From Candidatus Hermodarchaeum yapensis (GTDB lineage: Archaea; Asgardarchaeota; Hermodarchaeia; Hermodarchaeales; Hermodarchaeaceae), in contig JAEOSK010000006.1 in assembly GCA_016840405.1 (NCBI GenBank), positions 37,260 to 101,259 on the forward strand: a stretch of DNA of 64,000 nucleotides, in the 5' to 3' direction. Below are positions 1 to 9,604 of this stretch, piece by piece. Each line of letters opens with the position of its first letter. Position 1 is the first letter of the stretch. A program made the translations under genes and the position numbers. The notes below the pieces were generated by a model that worked only from the letters and a program-made list of their open reading frames with translations, was not told the DNA's origin and did no database searches.

Positions 1-129
1 ATTGTAGTTCTTCAAGTCATCCGAGCGAATGGGCGAACGAAAAACAACCACACCAATCAAAAATGAATCTAATTCTATGGAGTGCTCTCCAATGCGATTT
101 CCCCGTCCTTTGTTTACCGAAACCCTCAA
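1..129 (-). CDS. 5' part of a hypothetical protein running off the window edge (MRVSVNKGRGNRIGEHSIELDSFLIGVVVFRSP...)
   Basis: Open minus frame from TTG at 129 to the edge, GAGG upstream, divergent from the ORF at 246; hand translation. Confidence 0.4.
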   Translation of the reverse strand, partial: MRVSVNKGRGNRIGEHSIELDSFLIGVVVFRSPIRSDDLKNYN

Positions 130-200
130 CGACCCTCAGATTTGTGACGATATGTATAAAGGCGTATCATCTTCAGGGAATATAGAACCAGGATAGTATC

Positions 201-214
201 GGTAGCTAGCTACC
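201..214. promoter_or_regulatory. Perfect 14-bp palindrome GGTAGCTAGCTACC, candidate operator
   Basis: Self-complementary; lies in the divergent intergenic region upstream of a wHTH regulator. Confidence 0.4.
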
Positions 215-245
215 AAATCATGATTTGACGGGGATGAGCTGACCA

Positions 246-992
246 ATGACAGACCTTGACGAATTCCTCACAGCCATTGGACATCCATTACGCCGTCAAA
301 TCCTCGAAACCGTTTATTCTCATCCCGATATCTCGTATTCACAAATCCTAACTCGAGTAAATATTTCAAGTGGAAAACTGAATTTCCATTTACAGAAATT
401 GGAACCTTTTCTAGCCCAAGTGGAAGGGCAATATCGCATTTCAAAAGAAGGATTGAAACTTTATCGCACGTGGCAACAGCTTGAAGGTCGATTAAGTGGT
501 ACTAAAACTCCAAAAAGTGAAAGACCAGGATTCTTCGCATTTCGTCGGACAATAGCGTTTTTCATTGATATTGCATTGATTCTGTCCCTTTTATTCATCG
601 CAGCAGATGTATCTTCGCTAATTTTTGAACCCGCTTGGTGGCTCTGGAGTATACCAGTACCTGTTTTTTTAACGCGAATTATTGAGATGATGGTGTTATA
701 CCCTCCCGATTTGACTGTAGTGTTAATCCGAGCTTTTGTACTAGCGATTTTGTGGATGTATTTTACAATTATGGAAGGGTATCGAGGGCAAACAATTGGT
801 AAGATGATGCTTGGTGTTCAAATTATCCAAGTTGGTGGGGCTCGCATGATACCCCATGCTGCAGCCATTCGCGCCTTGACAAAAGTACTCATTCTTCCTT
901 TTGATCTTCTTGTTGGTCTGATAAAATCGCGTAAAGCGGGTTTTCTCCGGTTCTTTGGCCAATATACTAGATCTTGGGTTATTCGAGCATAA
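246..992 (+). CDS. ArsR-like winged-helix regulator fused to an RDD-family membrane domain
   Basis: HPLRRQIL...SSGKLNFHLQKL wHTH; RRTIAFFID, YFTIMEG..GQTIGKMMLG RDD motifs. Confidence 0.8.
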   Translation: MTDLDEFLTAIGHPLRRQILETVYSHPDISYSQILTRVNISSGKLNFHLQKLEPFLAQVEGQYRISKEGLKLYRTWQQLEGRLSGTKTPKSERPGFFAFRRTIAFFIDIALILSLLFIAADVSSLIFEPAWWLWSIPVPVFLTRIIEMMVLYPPDLTVVLIRAFVLAILWMYFTIMEGYRGQTIGKMMLGVQIIQVGGARMIPHAAAIRALTKVLILPFDLLVGLIKSRKAGFLRFFGQYTRSWVIRA

Positions 993-1042
993 GTGGTCGA
1001 GGACTACTACACGAATTTTTTACCGATTTCTTAGTTAACCGC

Positions 1043-1062
1043 AGTTTTCTAGATAGAAAACT
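1043..1062. promoter_or_regulatory. Inverted repeat AGTTTTCTA-GA-TAGAAAACT upstream of surface protein gene
   Basis: 9-bp perfect arms just upstream of the TTTAAA box near 1078. Confidence 0.35.
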
Positions 1063-1149
1063 AAACTTATCAGCTTCTTTAAATTCGCATTTTGAGAGGG
1101 AAAACTAACGAGCTTTATCAAACCCAAAGCGGTTTGGGTGAGCTAAAAA

Positions 1150-2535
1150 ATGAAACTAAAATGGAAAATTCTTCCCGCAGTGTTTCTAATGTTTGCATTC
1201 GTACTTCTCTCTCCAGCGACAACCCAAGCACTCCCCCCAGAAACTTATAATCCAGGCGATGAAGCAGCCATCTTTGACGGCCACACTTTCACTGAGGATT
1301 ATTGGACCGTTGAGAAAACATTCACGGATGATGCAACTAATGATAGTGCAGAGATCATCATGAGCTACGTCAATTATGGTGGAACGGGCGGATTTCATGC
1401 AGCCCTATTAGCTCTTGGTGATGTTTATGACTACTCAGAAGACACCAACTCAACACTTCCTTACCAGTTGTTTGCGATGCACTTCACGACTCCGTCCGGT
1501 AAAGAAATCTTTGCTGGGGCAGTCTTTGCCTTCCTCTACGCTTTCAATGACAGTAACTTGAATTATGTTGTTGATGGCGCTGAAGAAAGATGGTTCCTTG
1601 TTCCCTTCGGTTGGAATGGTGGTAACCGCACAGCTGATCCTGTTGCTAGTGCCGTTGAAGTGACCAATCCTGAACCAGGACATTACCGATTTGGTGTGAC
1701 TTACGAGAATCTGTACTGCCGAATCGTCATCCCCATCGAAACGGGGCTTGTCGAATTCTTAGCTTCTCTCCATCTTCCACTCTTCGAAGTGCAAATCAGT
1801 GAACTGACTTTCACCTACGACATTGAAGTTGACACAGACACGGGTGAGATTACCGCAGAAACCTTCTACACTATTGGTCAAGTCCAAGCATTTTATGCCT
1901 TGGGTCAGACCTTCAGTGACTTTGCGGAAATCAACGCAGCTCTCACAAACGTCACCGTGGGGGCCGCTCACTTTGTGACGGTCTTTGGCTCCAACTATTG
2001 GGTCGAAGAAGGAACAACCACTCCTATGCCAGCAGCGGATTGGATTACTGCCAACGTTACCACAGATCCTGCAGGCAATGAACGTGCATTTGCTGTAGGA
2101 GTTCGAGGTACATACGACCTCATCAACGAGACAGATTCCACCACTGTTGAATCAGGTCTACCTGCTATCAGTTGGATCTTCTCGCCAGTACTTAGTGACC
2201 TCCTCTTTCTTGCCTGGCAACTACCAATTTCTGCGGACTTTCTCTCCGTCTTCGCTTATGCAGTAAGTCCTACCCTACAGCTGTTCTATGACGGCCCACG
2301 CGATGTCTACGACAATGCTAATACACTCTATGGAGCTCAAGCATTCTGGTACGCAATTGCCTTCCCACGTTTCGGCGGGTATCGAATCGAACACGACCCA
2401 GTGTACACCGCCTATTCAAACATTGGCCAAGCAGCACCGCCTGGTATCCCTGGATTTCCATGGGAAGCCGTAATTATCGGTGTGGTTGCCTGTTTAACAG
2501 CGGTCTTCCTCGTGCGTCGCCGTAAAAAAGCTTAA
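1150..2535 (+). CDS. Secreted cell-surface protein with C-terminal (I)PGF-CTERM/Loki-CTERM-like sorting signal
   Basis: Signal peptide; acidic body with N-x-S/T sequons; C-terminus PGIPGFP-hydrophobic helix-RRRKKA. Confidence 0.75.
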   Translation: MKLKWKILPAVFLMFAFVLLSPATTQALPPETYNPGDEAAIFDGHTFTEDYWTVEKTFTDDATNDSAEIIMSYVNYGGTGGFHAALLALGDVYDYSEDTNSTLPYQLFAMHFTTPSGKEIFAGAVFAFLYAFNDSNLNYVVDGAEERWFLVPFGWNGGNRTADPVASAVEVTNPEPGHYRFGVTYENLYCRIVIPIETGLVEFLASLHLPLFEVQISELTFTYDIEVDTDTGEITAETFYTIGQVQAFYALGQTFSDFAEINAALTNVTVGAAHFVTVFGSNYWVEEGTTTPMPAADWITANVTTDPAGNERAFAVGVRGTYDLINETDSTTVESGLPAISWIFSPVLSDLLFLAWQLPISADFLSVFAYAVSPTLQLFYDGPRDVYDNANTLYGAQAFWYAIAFPRFGGYRIEHDPVYTAYSNIGQAAPPGIPGFPWEAVIIGVVACLTAVFLVRRRKKA

Positions 2536-2548
2536 ACCACATAGTGGT

Positions 2549-2612
2549 GATCCGGTTCCAAGCATCCGTTCGTCCAGCGGGGTCGGGCGGATCTCTTCTC
2601 TTTTTTTCTTTT
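2549..2612 (+). terminator. Hairpin (GATCCG...CGGATC) followed by pyrimidine/T tract
   Basis: Directly after the stop codon at 2535. Confidence 0.5.
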
Positions 2613-2693
2613 GTTGAGTGCGAGAACTGTTGATTTTCAATATGATTGGTAATTCGGAACGAATTAAAAGTAGATAAAATTAACAGTGTTAAC

Positions 2694-3389
2694 ATGCCTG
2701 TTCGTGAAATTATCGAAATAGATGAAGAGCTGTGCAACGGCTGTGGGGAATGTATTCCCAATTGTGAAGAGGGGGCCCTGCAAATAGTCGACGGGAAGGC
2801 TCGATTAATTCGAGATGACTTATGCGACGGGCTAGGAGCTTGTTTAGGTCATTGCCCAACAGGAGCGCTCAAAATTATCCACCGTGAAGCACCAGATTTT
2901 GACCATGCAGCAGTTGAGGAACATTTGGGGAAAATGAAAACCACCGACTGTGCCTCCTGTGACGTGGTTGTGGATGCTTCTGCAGCCGAAACAGCAACTC
3001 GGATAGAAGGAAAAGTTGTGCCTATTGGACAACGCCAATGGCCCATTGCATTGCGATTGGTGTCAATCAAAGCACCCTTCTTCAAAGATGCTAGTCTGTT
3101 GTTGACAGCCGATTGTGTACCCTTTGCGTACCCAGAGTTTCAACAGAAATATTTGCCTGGGAAAGTGTTAGTTTTTGGATGCCCGAAATTTGATGATGCT
3201 CAAGGATATGTAAATAAATTGACACAGATTTTTCAGCAGAATGCGATTCAGAATGTAACTGTCGTGAAGATGGAAGTCCCGTGCTGTTCTGGGCTTCAGC
3301 GAATTGTGGAAATCGCCATTAATCAATCTGGAAAAAAGATCCCAGTCGAAAACGTTACGATTGGATTATCAGGTTCCGAAAAAGCCTAG
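2694..3389 (+). CDS. 4Fe-4S ferredoxin-domain protein with C-terminal Cys-rich domain
   Basis: CNGCGECIPNC and CDGLGACLGHCP; QWP, ADC, GCPKFD, MEVPCCSGL; ATG at 2694 preferred. Confidence 0.85.
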   Translation: MPVREIIEIDEELCNGCGECIPNCEEGALQIVDGKARLIRDDLCDGLGACLGHCPTGALKIIHREAPDFDHAAVEEHLGKMKTTDCASCDVVVDASAAETATRIEGKVVPIGQRQWPIALRLVSIKAPFFKDASLLLTADCVPFAYPEFQQKYLPGKVLVFGCPKFDDAQGYVNKLTQIFQQNAIQNVTVVKMEVPCCSGLQRIVEIAINQSGKKIPVENVTIGLSGSEKA

Positions 3390-3412
3390 ATAACGAAAAT
3401 TAGAATAGTCGA

Positions 3413-3913
3413 CTATTCTGATTCTGCTCGTGTGCGTCCGAGGTCATCTACTGCGTGTTGGATCTCACCATAGGGTGGTTCTACCAAGGGATTATTCGTT
3501 ATCCATTTCCATCGAATGAACCCTTCTGGACTGATTACGAATACTGCTCGTTTAGCTGCTGTGTAGTCTTTGAGTTTTCCTAATCCATCCTGGACGACAT
3601 CATAGGCACGGACGACTACTCGGTTGTAGTCACTAAGGATTGGGAACATGAGCCGGTTTTGTTCCTTGAAGGCGCGATTAGTGAAAGGATCATTTACACT
3701 GATAGCTAGAATCTGTGCATTCATGGATTCGAAGTTGGCTAGGGAGTCTCTGAAATGACATAACTCTCGTGTGCAGACTTCAGTAAAAGCGCCTGGAAAG
3801 AATGCAAGGACAACAATTTGTCCTTTGAATTCTTTGAGTGTTCGTTGTTCGATGTCTGTATCATAGAGTTTGATTGGTGGGGCGGATTGACCAATTTGTA
3901 ATCGTGAAGACAC
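3413..3913 (-). CDS. Peroxiredoxin (Bcp/AhpE-like)
   Basis: FFPGAFTEVCTRELC (PxxxTxxC), FPILSD, R..FVI. Confidence 0.9.
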   Translation of the reverse strand: MSSRLQIGQSAPPIKLYDTDIEQRTLKEFKGQIVVLAFFPGAFTEVCTRELCHFRDSLANFESMNAQILAISVNDPFTNRAFKEQNRLMFPILSDYNRVVVRAYDVVQDGLGKLKDYTAAKRAVFVISPEGFIRWKWITNNPLVEPPYGEIQHAVDDLGRTRAESE

Positions 3914-4076
3914 AAGTTTTCCTCCTAAACGGGATAATGCGCGTGTTTTGTCAAAAGCCTTTTCATAAGGAAACGGAAATACTCCACGGTCTTACTACGG
4001 GGTCTTTGCCTAAACGCTTTTGAACGGGCAACCCCGCATCTAGGCGTAGTCATTGGAGTTCTTGGAGGTAAATGGC

Positions 4077-5480
4077 ATGCCACAACCAAAGCTAGGATTA
4101 ATCACACCAAACGAGCTGGCTCTGTTTTTAGATTATTATGAGTTAACCAGTGCGAAAACCGACTTCGATTATGACAATCATGCCGTCGTCACGCAAGAAT
4201 ATTTTGTCAGACGGTTACCCTTTGGAAGCTACCTTGTTGCTACTGGCCTTGAACAAGTCATCGCCTTTATCATGAATCTGCGATTTGAAGAGAAAGATTT
4301 GGGATGGCTGGAAGCAACTTCAGGTCCGGATTTCAGAAATGGGTTCTTAGACTACCTCATGAACTTCAAATTTAGTGGAGACATTCATGCGGTGCCTGAG
4401 GGAACGATTGTCTTTCCAAATGAGCCAATCATCAATGTCACCGGCCCCACAATTGAAGTCCAAATTCTTGAAACGTATTTGCTTAACGTTATGAACTTCC
4501 AGTCACTTGTGGCTACGAAAACTGCAAGGATGGTTGACATTGCAGACCAGCGAACCATAGTGGATTTTGGCGCCCGACGCGCTCACGGTCGTGATGCCGC
4601 CATTCTTGCAGCCCGGGCAGCCTATTTAGCAGGTGCGACTGGTACATCGCTAGTATTGGCTGGTAAGAAATGGGGTATTCCGTATATTGGCACGATGCCC
4701 CATGCCTTTATCATGAATCGTCCAACCGAACTTGAGGCATTTCGTGAATATAGTAAATCTTTCCCACATAACACCATTCTTCTGGTCGACACTTACGACT
4801 CGCTAGAAGGAGTGCGAAATGCCATCATTATTGGTAAAGAACTCCGAGACCAGGGATACAGATTGCAAGGAATACGATTAGATAGTGGAGATTTAGTGCC
4901 CCTTAGTTTTGAAGCCCGAAAGATATTGGACAAGGCTGGATTTGAAGATGTGAAGATTTTCGTAAGTAGTGATCTTGATGAATATCGAATCGAGGAGATG
5001 ATTCGGGAAAAGGCCCCGATTGATGGATTTGGTGTCGGAACCCGGCTAGTTACAGGTGCTAACTTCAATCCCATTACCCGAGAGGGAGGAGTTTCAGCGC
5101 TACCAGGCGTGTATAAACTCGTCGAACGCATCGGAAAAGACGGTCATGCTATTCCAAAGACTAAACTCAGTGCAGATAAGATTCTGGTACCTTATCGCAA
5201 GCAGATTAATCGCCTTTTAGACGACGATAGCCTGTTTAATCGTGATGTAATTTCAAGATGGGATGAGCCGATTGCTGATGCAGAACCCATATTGATCCCC
5301 ATCATTGAACAAGGACGTCTAACATATAACTTCCCGACCCTAAAAGAAAGTCGAGCATACTGTACACAACAAATCAACCGATTACCTAAACCCTATCGAT
5401 TACTCTCCGATTCCCCAATCTACCCTGTTAAACTCAGCCCTAAACTAGAACAAGCTAGTGCCTCCCTTCACAGTGAATAA
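4077..5480 (+). CDS. pncB: Nicotinate phosphoribosyltransferase
   Basis: DYYELT, DFGARRAHG, GTMPH, LVDTYD, GIRLDSGD, GFGVGT. Confidence 0.93.
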   Translation: MPQPKLGLITPNELALFLDYYELTSAKTDFDYDNHAVVTQEYFVRRLPFGSYLVATGLEQVIAFIMNLRFEEKDLGWLEATSGPDFRNGFLDYLMNFKFSGDIHAVPEGTIVFPNEPIINVTGPTIEVQILETYLLNVMNFQSLVATKTARMVDIADQRTIVDFGARRAHGRDAAILAARAAYLAGATGTSLVLAGKKWGIPYIGTMPHAFIMNRPTELEAFREYSKSFPHNTILLVDTYDSLEGVRNAIIIGKELRDQGYRLQGIRLDSGDLVPLSFEARKILDKAGFEDVKIFVSSDLDEYRIEEMIREKAPIDGFGVGTRLVTGANFNPITREGGVSALPGVYKLVERIGKDGHAIPKTKLSADKILVPYRKQINRLLDDDSLFNRDVISRWDEPIADAEPILIPIIEQGRLTYNFPTLKESRAYCTQQINRLPKPYRLLSDSPIYPVKLSPKLEQASASLHSE

Positions 5481-5521
5481 TGTGTGAATTCTTCTAATGC
5501 TTCATAGCCTTATTTCGAGGC

Positions 5522-6049
5522 TTATTTGAGGACGGATTTTGCGTCAGTAATTTTGGCACCATAATATTCTTTGAGATACGCTAATCCGGATTCATGATCT
5601 TCAGCTGTAAACGAGTCCACGCCATCTTCAGGAATGAGGATTTTGTAACCTCGAAAGAATGCATCAGCGGCCGTGTGCCGTACGCATAAATGGGTGTGGA
5701 GACCGGTCAGGACAACCGTGTCAACTTTTCGACTTCGTAATACTGAATCCAATGGAGTTTCGAAGAAGCTACTGTATACGTGTTTTCCGATTACAATATC
5801 CTCTTCTTCAGGGGTAAGCTCGGGAATAACTTCGGCACCTTCTGTGCCTTCAATGGCATGGGGTCCCCACTTAGCCATTTCAAAATCAGTATCCAGATGG
5901 CTGTCATTGGCAAAGATCACTGGAAGTGCCTTTTTATGGAAACTGTCGATGAGCGTACGAATATTGGGGATAATTCGTTGGGCTCGGTCGCATTTGAGTG
6001 AACCCGTGACAAAGTCATTTAACATATCGATGATAATTAGGGCTTTCAT
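5522..6049 (-). CDS. pncA: Isochorismatase-family cysteine hydrolase, probably nicotinamidase
   Basis: IIDMLNDF, DSH, HAIEGTEGA, K..YSSF, CVRHTA; adjacent to pncB. Confidence 0.7.
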   Translation of the reverse strand: MKALIIIDMLNDFVTGSLKCDRAQRIIPNIRTLIDSFHKKALPVIFANDSHLDTDFEMAKWGPHAIEGTEGAEVIPELTPEEEDIVIGKHVYSSFFETPLDSVLRSRKVDTVVLTGLHTHLCVRHTAADAFFRGYKILIPEDGVDSFTAEDHESGLAYLKEYYGAKITDAKSVLK

Positions 6050-6214
6050 TGTGCTCAACACTGTTTAGATTTCTCTGTGTTAAAAGAGTATTGAACTAAT
6101 TAAAAAAAATCGGAGTCAGAAAACAAGGAGGATGGTGTGCGAAGTTCACTACAAATATAAAGCAGAAGTATTATCGCTTGCATCAATTTATCAAAATTAT
6201 AGAAGTGATGATAC

Positions 6215-6709
6215 ATGGAAATTAGCAAAGAGCTTCAAGAAGCAATTAATGATCAACTTAACTTTGAACTTTACTCAGGCTACATCTACCTTTCGATGGC
6301 AGCCTATTTCGAATCCATTAATTTGAATGGCATGGCTCACTGGATGAAAATCCAAGCTAGTGAAGAATACGAACACGCCATGCGTTTCTGGGAACATATT
6401 TCGGATCGTGCAGGACTTGTGATTCTTAAAACCATTGAAGGTCCAACCAGGGAATGGGATTCGCCCTTGGCTGCATGGGAAAATGCCTACGAGCATGAGA
6501 AGATTGTAACGGAACGTATCTTCAAGATAGGAAAACTCGCAGAGAAGTTGGGTGATAAATCAGCTATTCCATTGCTCAATTGGTTCTATGAAGAGCAGGT
6601 TGAAGAAGAAGAACAAACCCAAAAAGTAGCCGATCTTCTTCGCATGATTGGTGATAATCAAGGCGCTTTATTCATGCTTGATGGTCGGCTTGGAAGCCGA
6701 GAAAAATAA
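6215..6709 (+). CDS. ftnA: Non-heme ferritin
   Basis: AINDQLNFELYSGYIY, EEYEHAMR, HE..VT, WFYEEQVEEE. Confidence 0.93.
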   Translation: MEISKELQEAINDQLNFELYSGYIYLSMAAYFESINLNGMAHWMKIQASEEYEHAMRFWEHISDRAGLVILKTIEGPTREWDSPLAAWENAYEHEKIVTERIFKIGKLAEKLGDKSAIPLLNWFYEEQVEEEEQTQKVADLLRMIGDNQGALFMLDGRLGSREK

Positions 6710-6814
6710 TCCCTGCATTTCTTCATTCACCAATAATCCCACAGTAATTCGAAAGCCTTTATAGAAAAGGCATCCCTATCGTTTTCCAATCACTTGACTT
6801 GAGGTGATAGGACA

Positions 6815-7231
6815 ATGGCGAGTAAAAAGCTCATAGATATGTTAAACCAAGCAATCTCAATGGAGCTTCAAGTTAGTATCCAATACATGTGGCAACACGT
6901 TCGGATATATGGAATGCATTCAGAATCAGTAGGTGGCATCCTCAAAGAAGTTGCAATAACCGAGATGAAACATGCCGAGGAAATCGCAGAACGCGTAGAC
7001 TACCTCGGTGGAGAGCCCACAACGAAACCAGCCCCCATCACTGTTGGAAAGACACCTGAAGAAATGCTCAGCCTTAATAAGAAAGCAGAAGAGGGGGCAA
7101 TCGCCTTCTACCGAGAAATCATCAAAACCGCATCCGATGAAGGTGACATCGTCACACGAAAACTCTTCGAAGACATCTTGGCAGATGAAGAAGACCATCA
7201 CAACACTTTCAGTGGACTCTTAGAAAAATAA
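6815..7231 (+). CDS. Short bacterioferritin-like (ferritin-like) protein, copy 1
   Basis: E..VSIQY, ITEMKHAE..AER..YLGGEP, EE.AI..Y, ILADEEDH. Confidence 0.85.
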   Translation: MASKKLIDMLNQAISMELQVSIQYMWQHVRIYGMHSESVGGILKEVAITEMKHAEEIAERVDYLGGEPTTKPAPITVGKTPEEMLSLNKKAEEGAIAFYREIIKTASDEGDIVTRKLFEDILADEEDHHNTFSGLLEK

Positions 7232-7461
7232 CATGATGGAGCACGGATCAAAATGGCTAGCAGGAAGCTACTTGACCTCTTAAATAAAGGAATCGCCCGG
7301 GAATTACGAGTGTCAGTTGAGTACATGTGGAACCACGTAAAGATAGCTGGAATGGAATCAGAATCACATGGAGATATATTCAAAAAAATCGCGATAACCG
7401 AGATGAAACATGCCGAGGAAATCGCAGAACGCGTAGACTACCTCGGTGGAGAGCCCACAAC
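6956..7461 (+). repeat. 68-nt identical direct repeat (6956-7023 and 7394-7461) within the two paralogs
   Basis: ATAACCGAGATG...GAGCCCACAAC identical in both genes. Confidence 0.9.
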
Positions 7462-7669
7462 TGAACCAGATCCAATTACAGTTGGAAAGACTCCACGTGA
7501 AATGTTTCAAATCGCTCTCGAAGCAGAGGAAGGAGCGATTAAACTCTATCGAACCATAATCAAACAGGCTGATGAAGAGCAAGACTTTGTCACCCGTCGC
7601 TTGTTTGAAGGAATTTTAGCTGATGAAGAAGACCATCACAACGTGTTTCTCAAACATTTGAAGAAGTGA
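7253..7669 (+). CDS. Short bacterioferritin-like protein, copy 2 (tandem paralog)
   Basis: Same motifs and same 138-aa length as copy 1. Confidence 0.85.
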   Translation: MASRKLLDLLNKGIARELRVSVEYMWNHVKIAGMESESHGDIFKKIAITEMKHAEEIAERVDYLGGEPTTEPDPITVGKTPREMFQIALEAEEGAIKLYRTIIKQADEEQDFVTRRLFEGILADEEDHHNVFLKHLKK

Positions 7670-7678
7670 TCCACCATT

Positions 7679-7725
7679 GCAGTTGATGGTGAAATCCCAC
7701 TCAACTGCCATTCCTCTTTTTCTTC
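7679..7725 (+). terminator. Hairpin GCAGTTGA...TCAACTGC plus pyrimidine tract
   Basis: Downstream of the ferritin cluster. Confidence 0.5.
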
Positions 7726-7781
7726 CACTCCAACTAGCATGATGTTTATTGACACCATTCCTGTGAATTGGTCAACGATTT

Positions 7782-8705
7782 CTAAAATCCGAGGATTACA
7801 AGCCAAATTCCTAGCACAGTAAACAGTGTTCCCAAGAGAATCAGTGGCGTAATTTTTTCTTTCAAATAGAAGATCGCCAAGGGAAGGGCAAATAAAGGAG
7901 CTGAAGCAGCAACAACTGAAGTAACAGCCGCTCCCGTAATTGCCACCGTGGAAACATACAAAAGTGAACCTATACCCATTCCGAAAAACCCAGCAACCAG
8001 TACGATTTTTGATGCCCGTTTAGTCGGCTTTGGCATTCCACGCTTACGAGCAATGAGAAATATCGGAAGAAGAAAAAGCGAACCAACCGTGATTCGAATC
8101 AGGTTGGCATCGATTGGATCCACTCCAATTAGACCGATTTGCAGAATCACAGTTGCCGTCGCCCAACAGAACGCCGCGAGTACCGCGAGGGCTATACCGA
8201 TTTTATCCCAACTTTTCTGAACCTCAGATTCCAAACTTTGTGACGCTGCTTCTTGTTTTGCCTGTTCTCTCGTGATGAGGCTCACTCCTACTACCGCAAG
8301 AAGAGCCCCTGCAAGTCGGATAATTCGTAAGGCTTCACCGAGAAAGATGATAGAGAACAAATAGGTGACAAGGGGAAAAATCATGGCAATTGGAAATGCT
8401 CGCGAAACGCCAATACGCGACTGGCTTGTTAGATACATCAAGTCACCAAGTCCCGCTCCAAATATGATTGACCCAGCCAGAAAAGGAATTGAAGTGAGGG
8501 GAACGTTGAACCCCGTTGGGTAGAGCAGAAGAAATACAGTAACAAATATGACTGGAAGCGCAATCCACATTTTGAATGCATTGATTGCTGTCGGTTGGAT
8601 TTCAGCACTCTGTGATTTATAGACAACATTAGAGATACCGAATAGCGCCGCTGCTGTGATTCCCATGAAGACACCAGCAAGAAAAAGCTCGGGAGGCACT
8701 GCCAT
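7782..8705 (-). CDS. DMT/EamA family transporter
   Basis: About 10 TM helices in two repeats; IGVSRA.PI, P..ALPLA.FYLKEK. Confidence 0.88.
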   Translation of the reverse strand: MAVPPELFLAGVFMGITAAALFGISNVVYKSQSAEIQPTAINAFKMWIALPVIFVTVFLLLYPTGFNVPLTSIPFLAGSIIFGAGLGDLMYLTSQSRIGVSRAFPIAMIFPLVTYLFSIIFLGEALRIIRLAGALLAVVGVSLITREQAKQEAASQSLESEVQKSWDKIGIALAVLAAFCWATATVILQIGLIGVDPIDANLIRITVGSLFLLPIFLIARKRGMPKPTKRASKIVLVAGFFGMGIGSLLYVSTVAITGAAVTSVVAASAPLFALPLAIFYLKEKITPLILLGTLFTVLGIWLVILGF

Positions 8706-8854
8706 AATGAACTACCAACACTTTCACAATAATTCCTATAGAGACTCTGATGTGTGGTTTTAGACTAAAAGTTGTGTCCATGTTGCAGAGAGGCAAGTTT
8801 TTTGAAGAGGATGTGAACAAGGTGGGTACACTTTGGAACTGGAGGTGCCCTCCA

Positions 8855-9412
8855 ATGTACCCAATTGACATCCTACTTGAAGAACACAAATTGGTTGACA
8901 GAGTTTTCGAAATTATTGAGAAGGTCCGCGATAAGCTTGAGGATAAAGAAGAAGTACCTGCCACCGTTTTCTGGAAGATCGTTGATTTCATTCGCGGTTA
9001 CGCTGATGTGATACATCATAGCAAAGAGGAAGACATCTTATTTGATCAAATGCGTGAGCACGATGAGGAACTGTCAGACGATGTACAAGATAACATCGCT
9101 GTCCTCATTGAAGAGCACATTGAAGGTCTTGACTACGCCAATGAGATGCACAAAGGCATCCGAGCCTATCGGCGTGGAGATCCCGATGCTCGGGAAGAAA
9201 TACTAGATGCAGTGAATAATTATCTCAAGATTATGAAACCTCACTTTAAGATGGAAGAAGACGACGTCTTTCCAGCAATGGTGGGTGTTCTTAGTAAAGA
9301 AGAGAAAGACAAGATGAAAGCTGATTTCGAGCGATTCGACGAGATCTTGGGTGGTAAGGAAGTTCATAAACGCTACGCCAAAATTGTTGATGAGCTGGAA
9401 AAAGCGTTTTAA
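8855..9412 (+). CDS. Hemerythrin HHE domain protein
   Basis: EEH, HHSKEEDILF, EEH, HFKMEEDDVFP; GGAGG before ATG 8855. Confidence 0.88.
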   Translation: MYPIDILLEEHKLVDRVFEIIEKVRDKLEDKEEVPATVFWKIVDFIRGYADVIHHSKEEDILFDQMREHDEELSDDVQDNIAVLIEEHIEGLDYANEMHKGIRAYRRGDPDAREEILDAVNNYLKIMKPHFKMEEDDVFPAMVGVLSKEEKDKMKADFERFDEILGGKEVHKRYAKIVDELEKAF

Positions 9413-9604
9413 CCAGTTCTAATTCCAGGAACCATACGAAAGGAAGACTTGATTCTAGAACCAAGTGATAATGACATGTGTGCCTTGTTTTTTCTTTTCT
9501 GGAAGGCGGCTAGGAGCTTTTTATTCATTCTATAAGAGAAAAGCAAATCTTTTTCGACCAAACCGCAGTTAGTAGTGGATTAACACTTCAACACTGTGAT
9601 AATT

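Noticed and set aside
3413-3913. Selenoprotein recoding in redox genes
   Set aside because: Peroxiredoxin and Fe-S proteins use Cys codons; no in-frame TGA at catalytic positions and no convincing SECIS
6132-6214. Iron-responsive element upstream of ferritin
   Set aside because: No CAGUGN-loop hairpin present
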